Shown here piece by piece: positions 1-8,265 of a stretch of 26,877 nucleotides of DNA (positions are counted from its first letter, which is position 1; each line of letters starts with the position of its first letter). The notes beneath the pieces are model-generated. The model was not told the origin of the DNA, ran no database searches, and saw only the letters and a program-made list of their open reading frames with translations. The stretch is from positions 1-26,877 of the forward strand of contig DAOVET010000033.1 in NCBI GenBank assembly GCA_030668825.1, written 5' to 3'. The stretch is from Candidatus Heimdallarchaeota archaeon (GTDB lineage Archaea > Asgardarchaeota > Heimdallarchaeia > Heimdallarchaeales > Heimdallarchaeaceae). Both the position numbers and the translations under genes were made by a program.

Positions 1-344
1 TCTTCTTCATCTTCTAATTCTCCAGGAATTGCGATACCATCAAGTTGTGGGCGTGCTGCAGCATCCACTTTTTCATGAATTAGTTCAACTGTAGCAATTT
101 TTTCCTCTTCAATTGTTTCAACTATTGCACGAACCTTAATTTTCCTTGGTGGTTTTTTAATTCCTCTTTTCCACATGAACTCATTTAATTCCTCGTCTAT
201 TATAACATCATCAGCTTTTGTATGCTTGTAGATGTATTCTTTGAGGAGTCTAATAGCTCTTGGAGTCCTCTTATATGGTGCTGTCTTATTCAATTGAGGA
301 TAAAATGGAATGGTGTAAATGTTCTCTATAGATTCTTGAGACAT
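1..344 (-). CDS. rpl31e: 50S ribosomal protein L31e (3' end runs off the window)
   Basis: Not in the ORF track. Hand translation from ATG at 344 gives MSQESIENIYTIPFYPQLNKTAPYKRTPRAIRLLKEYIYKHTKADDVIIDEELNEFMWKRGIKKPPRKIKVRA..., with the L31e motifs YTIP, R(T/A)PRA and LNE.xW.RG...PP.KI.V. It lies directly downstream of rpl39e. Confidence 0.95.
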   Translation of the reverse strand, partial: MSQESIENIYTIPFYPQLNKTAPYKRTPRAIRLLKEYIYKHTKADDVIIDEELNEFMWKRGIKKPPRKIKVRAIVETIEEEKIATVELIHEKVDAAARPQLDGIAIPGELEDEE

Positions 345-358
345 GATTCTTCTTCTCC

Positions 359-514
359 TTATCTTTTAATACGGGTAGATCTCCATCTTCTACGTTTTGG
401 ATGGGTTCGAAAGCGTCTGTTAGTTCGTATAACACACCAACTTGGAACAGGTTTGTTAGATTTCATTTCTTTTGCATACCTGAGTTTTCTTGGTAGTTGT
501 TTATTTCTTGCCAT
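359..514 (-). CDS. rpl39e: 50S ribosomal protein L39e
   Basis: Not in the ORF track (51 aa). [51 protein letters not shown] carries the L39e N..VP.W...HPKRR.WR motif. Its start overlaps the upstream stop (TAATG). Confidence 0.95.
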   Translation of the reverse strand: MARNKQLPRKLRYAKEMKSNKPVPSWCVIRTNRRFRTHPKRRRWRSTRIKR

Positions 515-849
515 TATAATCGCCTTATATCGATTTTTGATTCTCTTTTTTGACCTTGAATTTGACGAAGAATTTCTTTTAGTTGATCGTCAGTTAATTT
601 ATCATTGATTGCTCCTTGTTGAGTTAATTGTATCAGTCTTACTTCAACAGCTTCTGCGAGTTGAGGACGAACAAGTTTAACGTTAGTAAGACGTTGTCTA
701 GCTTCTTCAGTAAGAATTTGACGAAGGATTACTTGCTTTTGAGCTTCAAGAGTTGCTTGTTGCTCCTCTTGTGCTTGAGCTACTTGTTGCTCTTGTAATT
801 GTGCTCTTTTCCTTTGCCTTATTGCTTCCAATTCGTCTTCATCATACAT
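514..849 (-). CDS. PDCD5/TFAR19-family DNA-binding protein
   Basis: [15 protein letters not shown]...[22 protein letters not shown]...AVE..LIQL is the PDCD5 family pattern, and it sits at the usual position between rps19e and rpl39e. I prefer ATG 849 over the track start at 912. Confidence 0.9.
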   Translation of the reverse strand: MYDEDELEAIRQRKRAQLQEQQVAQAQEEQQATLEAQKQVILRQILTEEARQRLTNVKLVRPQLAEAVEVRLIQLTQQGAINDKLTDDQLKEILRQIQGQKRESKIDIRRL

Positions 850-917
850 TTCTTCGCACCCTTGCTTATTGAACTGTTCAAGGTTTAATTTCCGTAACTG
901 AATTCTTCTCAATAATC

Positions 918-1382
918 TTAATATTTTTCTAAAGCGGGGATTTCTCTCTTTAAATCAGCTGATAATTTATCTACAAAAGAATGACCTTTTGGAGTCAAAA
1001 CACGTCCTACAATTACTCGTCCTTTGCTACCATGACCACTCTTCTTCTGGATATATTTTGCTTTTTCTAATTGCTGAAGTATCTTTCTAATTATAGCTCC
1101 ACTACCTCTAGCAAAGTGCTCAGGCTTTACACCCCTTCTATTACGACCACCATAAGCAATTCGTAATCTTGATACACCTATTGGACCATAAAGGTAGATT
1201 TTTCTTAACATAGAGGCAGCTCTAATATACCACCAATCTTCTTGAACCGGAGAACTTTCTTTATGAACTCCAGTTTTGGCATATGCAGCCCATTCTGGTG
1301 GTTTGATTTCTGCTTCCTTTTTCAATTCTTCAGTTATTTTTTCAATAAGTAAATCAGATGGAACATCATAAGCTGTTGGCAT
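918..1382 (-). CDS. rps19e: 30S ribosomal protein S19e
   Basis: [54 protein letters not shown]. The ATG at 1382 (MPTAYDV) is the likely start. Confidence 0.97.
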   Translation of the reverse strand: MPTAYDVPSDLLIEKITEELKKEAEIKPPEWAAYAKTGVHKESSPVQEDWWYIRAASMLRKIYLYGPIGVSRLRIAYGGRNRRGVKPEHFARGSGAIIRKILQQLEKAKYIQKKSGHGSKGRVIVGRVLTPKGHSFVDKLSADLKREIPALEKY

Positions 1383-1562
1383 AATTTTCACTCGTCCTCT
1401 TGAGTTTTGAAAGAGAGAACTCTTATGTATTTTTCAGTCTCTGGGGAACAAACCACGTTTAAAAAGATTACTTTGCTAGTTATATGGAAGGAATAAAATT
1501 ATAAACATAAAAGGGAAATTAGGATAGATTTAAACAAGAAATCTAACATAGGAAGTTATTGA

Positions 1563-1748
1563 ATGAGTACAGAAAAATCAGAGAAAACAAAAGATTCGAA
1601 GAACTTTTTCGGAACCATAAACAATTTTCTGAAAAAAAGTTACCATCAATATCTTGGTTCCTTGGACAATTTGTTTATTTTTATAGGTATTATTTTAACT
1701 GTTTTTAGTCTAATTATGAGCTTTATTTATGGTCACGTGATCGCATGA
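1563..1748 (+). CDS. small membrane protein, hypothetical
   Basis: 61-aa ATG ORF with a charged N-terminus and one C-terminal hydrophobic segment. It fills an otherwise empty gap. Confidence 0.5.
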   Translation: MSTEKSEKTKDSKNFFGTINNFLKKSYHQYLGSLDNLFIFIGIILTVFSLIMSFIYGHVIA

Positions 1749-1820
1749 ATCATTCTTGTAGTGTGTGAAGTACTCTTGATAGGAGTCTAAATTTTTAAAC
1801 TTATATGACAAAACTTATTC

Positions 1821-2516
1821 TTAATCCGGTGTAGAGAATCTTTCAATAATATGCTCACTAAGAATTTCAAACGATTTGTCTATGTTCAATCCTGTTTTAG
1901 CTGAGGTTTCTAGAAGAAAATTTTCTATTGAATGCTCTTTTGTTTTCTTATTCAGCTCTTTTACAAACGACTTTATTTCTTCAATTGTTACTTTTTGTTC
2001 ATCGACAAGATCCATTTTATTTGCAAGTATTATGACAGGAACAACTCCTCTACCGCTAAATTGGTATAACTCCTCTATCCAACTACCTAAGTTAAGAAAT
2101 GTTTCTCTTCGAGTTATATCCAACACCGCTAAGGCTCCGAAACATCCTTTGAAAAACCTTGGTCTAACATTTTTGAACATGGGTTGCCCTGCCAAATCCC
2201 AGATTTGATATTTTATCTTATACTCATCTACAGTTCTAGTAGTGGCAGCAAAATCAGCTCCAAGAGTAGCTAAATGCTCTTTCTGAAACCCCTCACCTAG
2301 ATATCTTTTCCTTATGGATGTTTTACCAACGGCAGCATCACCAATTAAAACTAACTTAATCATATATGCACTCGTTGATTTAGGCTGAGGATCTACATCT
2401 GAAAAATGTTCATCATCTATACTTTCCCTATGTTTTTTGATATTTTCTTTAAACATAATGGGACCTTTATCTGATTTTACATCCTTACTCTTGGGAGATT
2501 GCTTCTTATTAGCCAT
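1821..2516 (-). CDS. Rab-like Ras-superfamily small GTPase
   Basis: G1 GDAAVGKT, G2 region ATLGADF, G3 WDLAGQ, G4 NKMD, G5 SAK. Confidence 0.95.
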   Translation of the reverse strand: MANKKQSPKSKDVKSDKGPIMFKENIKKHRESIDDEHFSDVDPQPKSTSAYMIKLVLIGDAAVGKTSIRKRYLGEGFQKEHLATLGADFAATTRTVDEYKIKYQIWDLAGQPMFKNVRPRFFKGCFGALAVLDITRRETFLNLGSWIEELYQFSGRGVVPVIILANKMDLVDEQKVTIEEIKSFVKELNKKTKEHSIENFLLETSAKTGLNIDKSFEILSEHIIERFSTPD

Positions 2517-2606
2517 GTTATCTGTTAAATAGTGAATGTTAACTATATAAAAATATGTGGTAGCATTTTGTGAAATACAGGAAAAAAGGAATAATATGTT
2601 CCAATT

Positions 2607-3329
2607 TCAAGTTTCTCTAGACATAATCTGATGAATAATTTGATAGTTTTTGGCTAATTTCCCGATTTCTTCTGCTTCACTAAGTGTAAGATGAAAAGGT
2701 GTCCTCTTATCTTTATATGTGCCCTCAATTAGAGCATAATCTACGCCTCTTACATATTCCTTTAATTGATCAAAATAACCCGTATCTCCAGTGTAAAGGA
2801 CTTTTTCTGCATTCTTGCATATTATATATCCTACAGAGGGAATATTTGGAAGTTTTTCCCCACCTATTATTGATCCACGATGTTGAACGACAAAAGCAGA
2901 GATGAGCGTATTCTCTAATTCAAATTCCCTTTCTATATTAATTATTTCAAGTTGATATGGTATTGATTCTCCATAACTATCATAAAACGTTTTTACTAAT
3001 CCTTCTAACTCAACAACATCTGGGGGTGCAATCAAAAGAAGTTTTTTACTTCTATTTATCATCCTGAAGAAAGCTAAAAGTGAAAATATACCTCCCACAT
3101 GATCAAAGTGACCATGAGTGATCAGTATGGTATCAATATTTTCGAAATATTTGCTAGGTAAAGAAACCAAATCGCGTAATATTCCATCACCCACATCTAT
3201 CAAAAAATTTGAATCTTTCTCAATGTCATTTACCAGTATTTGAGTTGCTAAACCTGCAGAAGAGAAGAGAACTTTGACTCGTAGATGTTTACCAATCCAA
3301 TCCCATGAAACTTCTTTGGAAACTTCCAT
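2607..3329 (-). CDS. metallo-beta-lactamase fold hydrolase (RNase Z/ElaC-like)
   Basis: LIDVGDG, THGHFDH (HxHxDH), YTGDT, EGTY...H motifs. I prefer ATG 3329 over TTG 3353. Confidence 0.85.
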   Translation of the reverse strand: MEVSKEVSWDWIGKHLRVKVLFSSAGLATQILVNDIEKDSNFLIDVGDGILRDLVSLPSKYFENIDTILITHGHFDHVGGIFSLLAFFRMINRSKKLLLIAPPDVVELEGLVKTFYDSYGESIPYQLEIINIEREFELENTLISAFVVQHRGSIIGGEKLPNIPSVGYIICKNAEKVLYTGDTGYFDQLKEYVRGVDYALIEGTYKDKRTPFHLTLSEAEEIGKLAKNYQIIHQIMSRET

Positions 3330-3412
3330 AGATAGAATAGAGAACAGCTGCAAATATTTCTTTCGTTTCCTTTGCCGATATATTTTTACTTGAAAATGTA
3401 GTAAGATACCTA

Positions 3413-4432
3413 ATGATATTTCTGCGTAGATTCTTTACTCGTCCCTTGACAAAAATGTCAGATAGATGGAAAGGTAAAAAGAAACTACATCTAGCAGCAA
3501 GATCAGCTTATCTTAGCTACAAGATAGGCAAAGAAGATCCTGAGAGATTGCTACAAATTGCAGCTCTAGAAATGAAAGCAGAGAAGTATAGTCTAACCAT
3601 TAGATATCTTGAAGAATATCTAGAACTTAATCTTGATTCGAAAAAAGCCTTACTTCTTCTTGGAATCGCTTATAGGCGCAATAAGGATTATGAAAAAGCT
3701 ATCAAGACACACCTCAAGTGTTTAAAAAAAGGAGAGGAAGAATCAGACATACTTTATACCTTGGGCATTGATTATGAAAGAGCAGGAAAAATTAGAACAA
3801 CTAAAAGATATTATGCAAAATGTATAGAAATAGATAGCTCTTTTGCAAAAGCTTATTTTCGTCTAGCTAGGCTCTATATGCGAGATAAGAAATATGATTT
3901 GGCAGTTAATCTGTATTTGGATGGCTTATCTCTAAGAGAAGGAGCTGCTAAAGATTGGATTAACTTATCCTTTTGTTACATAAATACATCAAATCTCGTT
4001 GCAGCAGAAAAAGCGTTATTAGAGGCTCTAGAAAACTTTCCAGACTCCTCTGAAGTGCTATTTGCGCTTGGAGCTTACTATATTAAGAAACAAAAATATA
4101 ACAAAATTCCAGAGATAATTTCGAAGCTAGATTCTGAAGAAGATTGGTACATAGTTCTATCTCTGCAGTTGAAAGAAGCACTAGATAAGAAAGAATACGA
4201 AGAATTGGAGAAGTTGTTAGAGCAAATCAAAAAAGAAGATAGAAATGCAGAGTATTGGTATATGGAAGCGATAGTTTCTTCAAATAGAAATAAATCAAAG
4301 AAAGCAATTCAATCCTTGAACAAAGCATTAGAGTTAGATCCTGAACTAAGAAAAGAAGCAAAGAAAGATGACAATTTCGCAATGATAAGGAAGCTAGAAG
4401 AATTCAAACACATAATTTATCTAAGAAAGTAG
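3413..4432 (+). CDS. tetratricopeptide-repeat protein
   Basis: Several TPR-consensus helical repeats, e.g. ALLLLGIAYRRNKDYEKAI, AYFRLARLYMRDKKYDLAV, AIQSLNKALELDP. Confidence 0.9.
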   Translation: MIFLRRFFTRPLTKMSDRWKGKKKLHLAARSAYLSYKIGKEDPERLLQIAALEMKAEKYSLTIRYLEEYLELNLDSKKALLLLGIAYRRNKDYEKAIKTHLKCLKKGEEESDILYTLGIDYERAGKIRTTKRYYAKCIEIDSSFAKAYFRLARLYMRDKKYDLAVNLYLDGLSLREGAAKDWINLSFCYINTSNLVAAEKALLEALENFPDSSEVLFALGAYYIKKQKYNKIPEIISKLDSEEDWYIVLSLQLKEALDKKEYEELEKLLEQIKKEDRNAEYWYMEAIVSSNRNKSKKAIQSLNKALELDPELRKEAKKDDNFAMIRKLEEFKHIIYLRK

Positions 4433-4490
4433 TAAGAACTATCTAATCAAAAGTCCAGAATTCTTAAATAATTTGTCGAGAAAGACATAA

Positions 4491-4919
4491 GTGATGCCAG
4501 AAATTAATCGTGATGCAATTATAGAAGCAGTCAAGAAACCAATTAATAGAATCTTTGAAGCATTGGAAAAAATTGACGCCGATACTCTTTTAGAAAACTA
4601 CCACAACCATGCTGAATTTAGATCTGTTGCACTTGTATTTGAGCAAATACTCAACCTAACCTATGAAGAATTTTCTGTAGCTATGAAAGGGGCATATGAG
4701 ACTGTGAAAGAACAAAAAATGATTAGAGAAACAGAATTTTTCAATGTTCTTTCAGAAACAAAAGTCCTGTACAACACAACAGGAACAGGATGCCAAATAC
4801 CAAAAGAAGGAGAAAGAATGGACTTTATAGTAATAGTGACACTGATACTCTCGTTAATAGAAGGAGAATGGAAAGTAATACACGAAACAGAAGCAGTGAT
4901 ACCAAAAAAAGAAGAATAA
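4491..4919 (+). CDS. NTF2/SnoaL-like fold protein
   Basis: ~140 aa with an N-terminal helix (IFEALEKIDADTL) and the C-terminal TLIL...GEWKVIHE motif typical of SnoaL/NTF2 folds. Confidence 0.7.
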   Translation: MMPEINRDAIIEAVKKPINRIFEALEKIDADTLLENYHNHAEFRSVALVFEQILNLTYEEFSVAMKGAYETVKEQKMIRETEFFNVLSETKVLYNTTGTGCQIPKEGERMDFIVIVTLILSLIEGEWKVIHETEAVIPKKEE

Positions 4920-4989
4920 AATGGGTAATAAAGGAATAATCTGTTTATCAATTAAAAACTGATCTAAAGCCTCCGTTTTAGGTGATTTA

Positions 4990-5853
4990 TTGCAAGTCAA
5001 AATAACAATAGTAAGTGAAAAAAGTACGGTTAGGGACAATTTCCATGGTTTAAGAGTAGGACATGGATTGTCTATTCACATCTCCTTGGGAAACGAACAG
5101 ATACTTTTTGATTTAGGCTTAGTAGGAAAAATCCTCATAAGAAATATGCGTAATTTGAATATCAATCCTGATGAAATTAATAAAATTGTAATTTCTCATG
5201 GACATATGGATCATGTAAGAGGTTTTGGAAAATTCATACAGAATCGAAATAGAGAAGATAAGATCACTCTTTATGCCCATCCTTCAATAAGAGAACCTAA
5301 AAGAGCTTGTTTTCGAGGTTTACCCTTATGGAATGCTGGTTTTCCCGAAATGGATGAAGAAGTAATGAATAAAGTAGATTTCATCTATAGCAGAGATCCT
5401 GTTAAGATTGCACCTAAGCTTTTTACAACTGGAGAAATACATTTAGATCAAAGAACAGAGCTTATGAACGTATCAAGATACTTCTGTAACAAAGTTCAAG
5501 GAAAATGGAAACAAGATTTTATTCTAGATGAACAATCACTAATTCTCCAAACTCTTGAAGGACTAGTAATCTTATGTGGTTGTTGTCATCCAGGTATTGT
5601 GAATACTTGTAGGAAAGCACAAGAGCTATTTGATGACGAAATTGTAGCAATAATCGGTGGTGTACACCTAAATCTAGCTAAAAAAGAAAGAGTGGAAGCA
5701 GTAATAGAAAATATGAAACAAAACATAGGTCTACCTAAACTGTACCTAAATCATAGTACAGGGAAGAAGGCGCTTAAAACGTTAAAGGAAAGACTAGGAG
5801 AAGAAATAGTTAAAGAGTGTAAACATGGAACAAAATTGGACTTTAAATGCTGA
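4990..5853 (+). CDS. MBL-fold metallo-hydrolase (dihydropterin/aminobenzene-phosphate synthase-like clade)
   Basis: HGLS, ILFDLG, ISHGHMDH, DEQSL, GCCHPGIVN, GGVH, NHSTG motifs. Confidence 0.85.
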   Translation: MQVKITIVSEKSTVRDNFHGLRVGHGLSIHISLGNEQILFDLGLVGKILIRNMRNLNINPDEINKIVISHGHMDHVRGFGKFIQNRNREDKITLYAHPSIREPKRACFRGLPLWNAGFPEMDEEVMNKVDFIYSRDPVKIAPKLFTTGEIHLDQRTELMNVSRYFCNKVQGKWKQDFILDEQSLILQTLEGLVILCGCCHPGIVNTCRKAQELFDDEIVAIIGGVHLNLAKKERVEAVIENMKQNIGLPKLYLNHSTGKKALKTLKERLGEEIVKECKHGTKLDFKC

Positions 5854-5985
5854 AGAAAGAAGAAAGAAAAGTTCAAGCTAAAAGAAATTAACATCTAAAA
5901 GATAGAAAACTTTTTTATTAAAGGAAAGAAGAAAAAAATAGCTGGAAAAACAAGTAAGAAACAAAACTAGGAACAAGCTAGGTAA

Positions 5986-6059
5986 GCGGAGTTAGCAAAG
6001 CGGCCATGCGGGAGTCTGCAAAACTCTTGACGGGTGTTCAAATCACCCACTCCGCTCCA
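5986..6059 (+). tRNA. tRNA-Cys(GCA), CCA encoded
   Basis: Acceptor GCGGAGT/ACTCCGC; anticodon stem GGAGT/ACTCT with loop CTGCAAA; T arm GGGTG-TTCAAAT-CACCC; U73 discriminator as expected for Cys; CCA at 6057-6059. Confidence 0.95.
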
Positions 6060-6094
6060 ACCTCCTTTCTATGGCAGTTTTAACGATTTTTTAA

Positions 6095-6203
6095 TTAGCA
6101 AAACCGTCATGCATCGCATGTTATGAAGTTTACTAAGTCTCCACTAAGGGCTTAGATTCACTTGATGAGGATTCCCCCATACTCCTCACATGCGGAGAGG
6201 AGT
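6095..6203 (-). ncRNA. putative omegaRNA-like scaffold plus guide overlapping the 3' end of the TnpB-like gene
   Basis: Perfect 7-bp hairpin 6181-6187/6197-6203 whose loop (6188-6194) is complementary to 6115-6121, giving a pseudoknot. There is a second hairpin at 6133-6155. The low-complexity C-terminal protein tail over this region is typical of tnpB/omegaRNA overlap. Boundaries are approximate. Confidence 0.55.
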
Positions 6204-8076
6204 GATCTTGTAATTGCAATAACTTTATTCCAATATCTCTAACATTCTTTGCGGAATTCACATGAGTATCTACAATATTTCCGCACTTTCTACATCTAGC
6301 TCTATCGTATCTCTTTAGCGATCTTTCTAATGTTCCTCTGCATCCATTATGATATCTGCTTGTTCCCCTCGAATCAACTCTCATTAGTTTTATTTCGTAT
6401 CCTAAAATACTTGAAGCAATTAATACAGCTTTTTCGAATATGTATGCTCCTTTTGGCATTGTTCTGATTGCTTTTGCTAGTGCTCCTTTTTTTCCTCTTG
6501 GATCTATTTCTAGATCTTCTTGGAAAAGCACTTTACACTTTGCCTTTACCATAACAGCTGCTAGGAAATGTGGTAGAATGCTCTTTATTTCTTTTAGAAT
6601 TCGGAATTTTCGCTGAGTAACTCTTGAAAGCTCTCCTTTCGTTTTAACGTAACTATAGGAGTCTTTCTTCTTTCCTTTATTTGTTAAACTATAGCTTAAT
6701 TCTGGTATCTTCGTCTTTGATAGTTTATAATATCGTTCTGTTAAAGTCAGAAGTTCTTTTGGTAGTTTAACATCATTTGAAAGTGCTACCATTTGTTTTC
6801 CTATGCGGTTGACATCTACTCCCATATATTCTGATTTAGGAACTTTGATTTTCTTAGCAAATTCTCTTGTAAGTTTTGTACCGATGAAAATTTCTTGCGG
6901 TCCTTCTAGAACAACAGATACTCTTACTTTGTAACTTGGTGCTGAACTATAGCGGATATAGAGGACTCTTATTCTTGCTCCATTAAGCAAATACCCTCTC
7001 ACTTTTTTTGAAAAGACAAGTTTTGCCGTTATCCTTGGATGATTTTTCAACAAGAATCCTATTTCAAATTCTCCATCAGCTCTTGCAAGAAATGTCATGT
7101 GTTCAGAATTTCCTGGTCTCATGACAACAAATCTTTCGTTCATTAACAATATAATTGGTGCTCTTCCTTTCTTCTTTCTTCTATATGGTGGATTGACAAC
7201 TTTTTCTGGATGTGTTTTCTCAAGTATTTTTTTGACAGTCTCTCCTATTTGCGGAAAGAGTGCGAAGACTACTATAGTCCTCAAAGCTGAGAAAAACATT
7301 CTACTTGGTTTTCCCACCACTTCTGCGATTCTTCTGTTTAGTTCTTTCATACTTTTCCAACGAGAAGGATGTTCAACATTATTCCATGAGGTGAGCATTG
7401 GGGCAACAGCTGTAACATTTGCTGTTAATAGTCTTGTATTCTCTAGAAAATCTTTCAAAGATCTACCTTGTTGAGTAGAAGTTAGTTCTTCGCATAGTTT
7501 CTTGTAATAGCGGATAATAGCTCTTTCTATTTCTTTTTGTGTTAATAGGGGGAGTTTAGTGTTGAATTTCAATGAATTAGGGCAATATTTGTCTATCTGT
7601 CTTCTTGTTCTGTTTATCAGATTGATGACATAAAGTCTGCTAACTTCCCACTTCTTGTAGAGATACTTTTCCATTCTTGGACTTCGACCAAAGATTATCC
7701 ATTCAACAGCTTGTTCAGGTCGTTGTAAAAGTTGATTAAAGAAATCCTCGACTTTCTTCTCTCTATCAACCGTTCCTTTAGCTGCAACAAAGAGCCAATA
7801 ATAAGCACTTTGAGTGATGTTTCTAGAATTCCTGGTAATTTTAGAAATAGAGGAAGCACCCATCTTTGCATTCAAATTTGGATCTGTTCTTGCCAAAACC
7901 ATTGCTGCGTTGATAGCTTTCTTGTCGCGGATAATATCTTCTTGTTGAACTTGCAAACCTTTTATTCGTTGGTTAGCTTCTTTTTCGTCTTTCCTACGTT
8001 CCTCTCTAGTACCTTCAAACCTGACACCCATTTGATAAGTGCGAGTGACTAATGTTTGTTTTGCTTGAGAGGACAT
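6133..8076 (-). CDS. large TnpB/Cas12-like RNA-guided RuvC-family protein (RuvC-III D->H)
   Basis: N-terminal TRTYQ strand; RuvC-I YMGVDVN; RuvC-II LFQEDL; VDSRGTSRYHNGC...CRKCG zinc ribbon; RuvC-III-like DTHVNSAKNV; strongly basic; 647 aa. Confidence 0.85.
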   Translation of the reverse strand: MSSQAKQTLVTRTYQMGVRFEGTREERRKDEKEANQRIKGLQVQQEDIIRDKKAINAAMVLARTDPNLNAKMGASSISKITRNSRNITQSAYYWLFVAAKGTVDREKKVEDFFNQLLQRPEQAVEWIIFGRSPRMEKYLYKKWEVSRLYVINLINRTRRQIDKYCPNSLKFNTKLPLLTQKEIERAIIRYYKKLCEELTSTQQGRSLKDFLENTRLLTANVTAVAPMLTSWNNVEHPSRWKSMKELNRRIAEVVGKPSRMFFSALRTIVVFALFPQIGETVKKILEKTHPEKVVNPPYRRKKKGRAPIILLMNERFVVMRPGNSEHMTFLARADGEFEIGFLLKNHPRITAKLVFSKKVRGYLLNGARIRVLYIRYSSAPSYKVRVSVVLEGPQEIFIGTKLTREFAKKIKVPKSEYMGVDVNRIGKQMVALSNDVKLPKELLTLTERYYKLSKTKIPELSYSLTNKGKKKDSYSYVKTKGELSRVTQRKFRILKEIKSILPHFLAAVMVKAKCKVLFQEDLEIDPRGKKGALAKAIRTMPKGAYIFEKAVLIASSILGYEIKLMRVDSRGTSRYHNGCRGTLERSLKRYDRARCRKCGNIVDTHVNSAKNVRDIGIKLLQLQDHSSPHVRSMGESSSSESKPLVET

Positions 8077-8103
8077 AATGTAACTGCTAATATCATATGT
8101 ACT

Positions 8104-8120
8104 TTCATTTATAAACTGAG
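8104..8120 (-). promoter_or_regulatory. 17-bp repeated element containing a TATA box, upstream of the TnpB-like gene
   Basis: Minus strand CTCAGTTTATAAATGAA, with TTTATAAA ending ~32 nt before ATG 8076. Identical copy at 10985-11001. Confidence 0.6.
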
Positions 8121-8265
8121 AAAAAAAAAATGATTCTTTTTGAATTATTTATGTATTATCTAGCCTCTATTTCTTTTGATTTTCTTCTCAAAAACCTTCT
8201 TTTATGATACTTTGGGGACATGAGAGGTTTTAACAGTCCAATTATAGTCCTATTATTTTTCTATT

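Noticed and set aside
222-608. 128-aa plus-strand ORF
   Set aside because: Antisense shadow of rpl31e, rpl39e and PDCD5, which are clearly the real genes.
1876-5039. Short ORFs 1876-2208, 2699-2905, 4661-4951, 4854-5039
   Set aside because: Antisense to well-supported genes and without motifs.
8186-8231. Imperfect inverted repeat AAAACCT...AGGTTTT as an IS left-end hairpin
   Set aside because: Only 7 bp, AT-rich and with a long loop. It is equally explained as a terminator or chance.
5854-8265. CRISPR array or tracrRNA next to the Cas12-sized protein
   Set aside because: No regularly spaced repeats on either side and no cas1/cas2/cas4, so it is not called a type V CRISPR locus.
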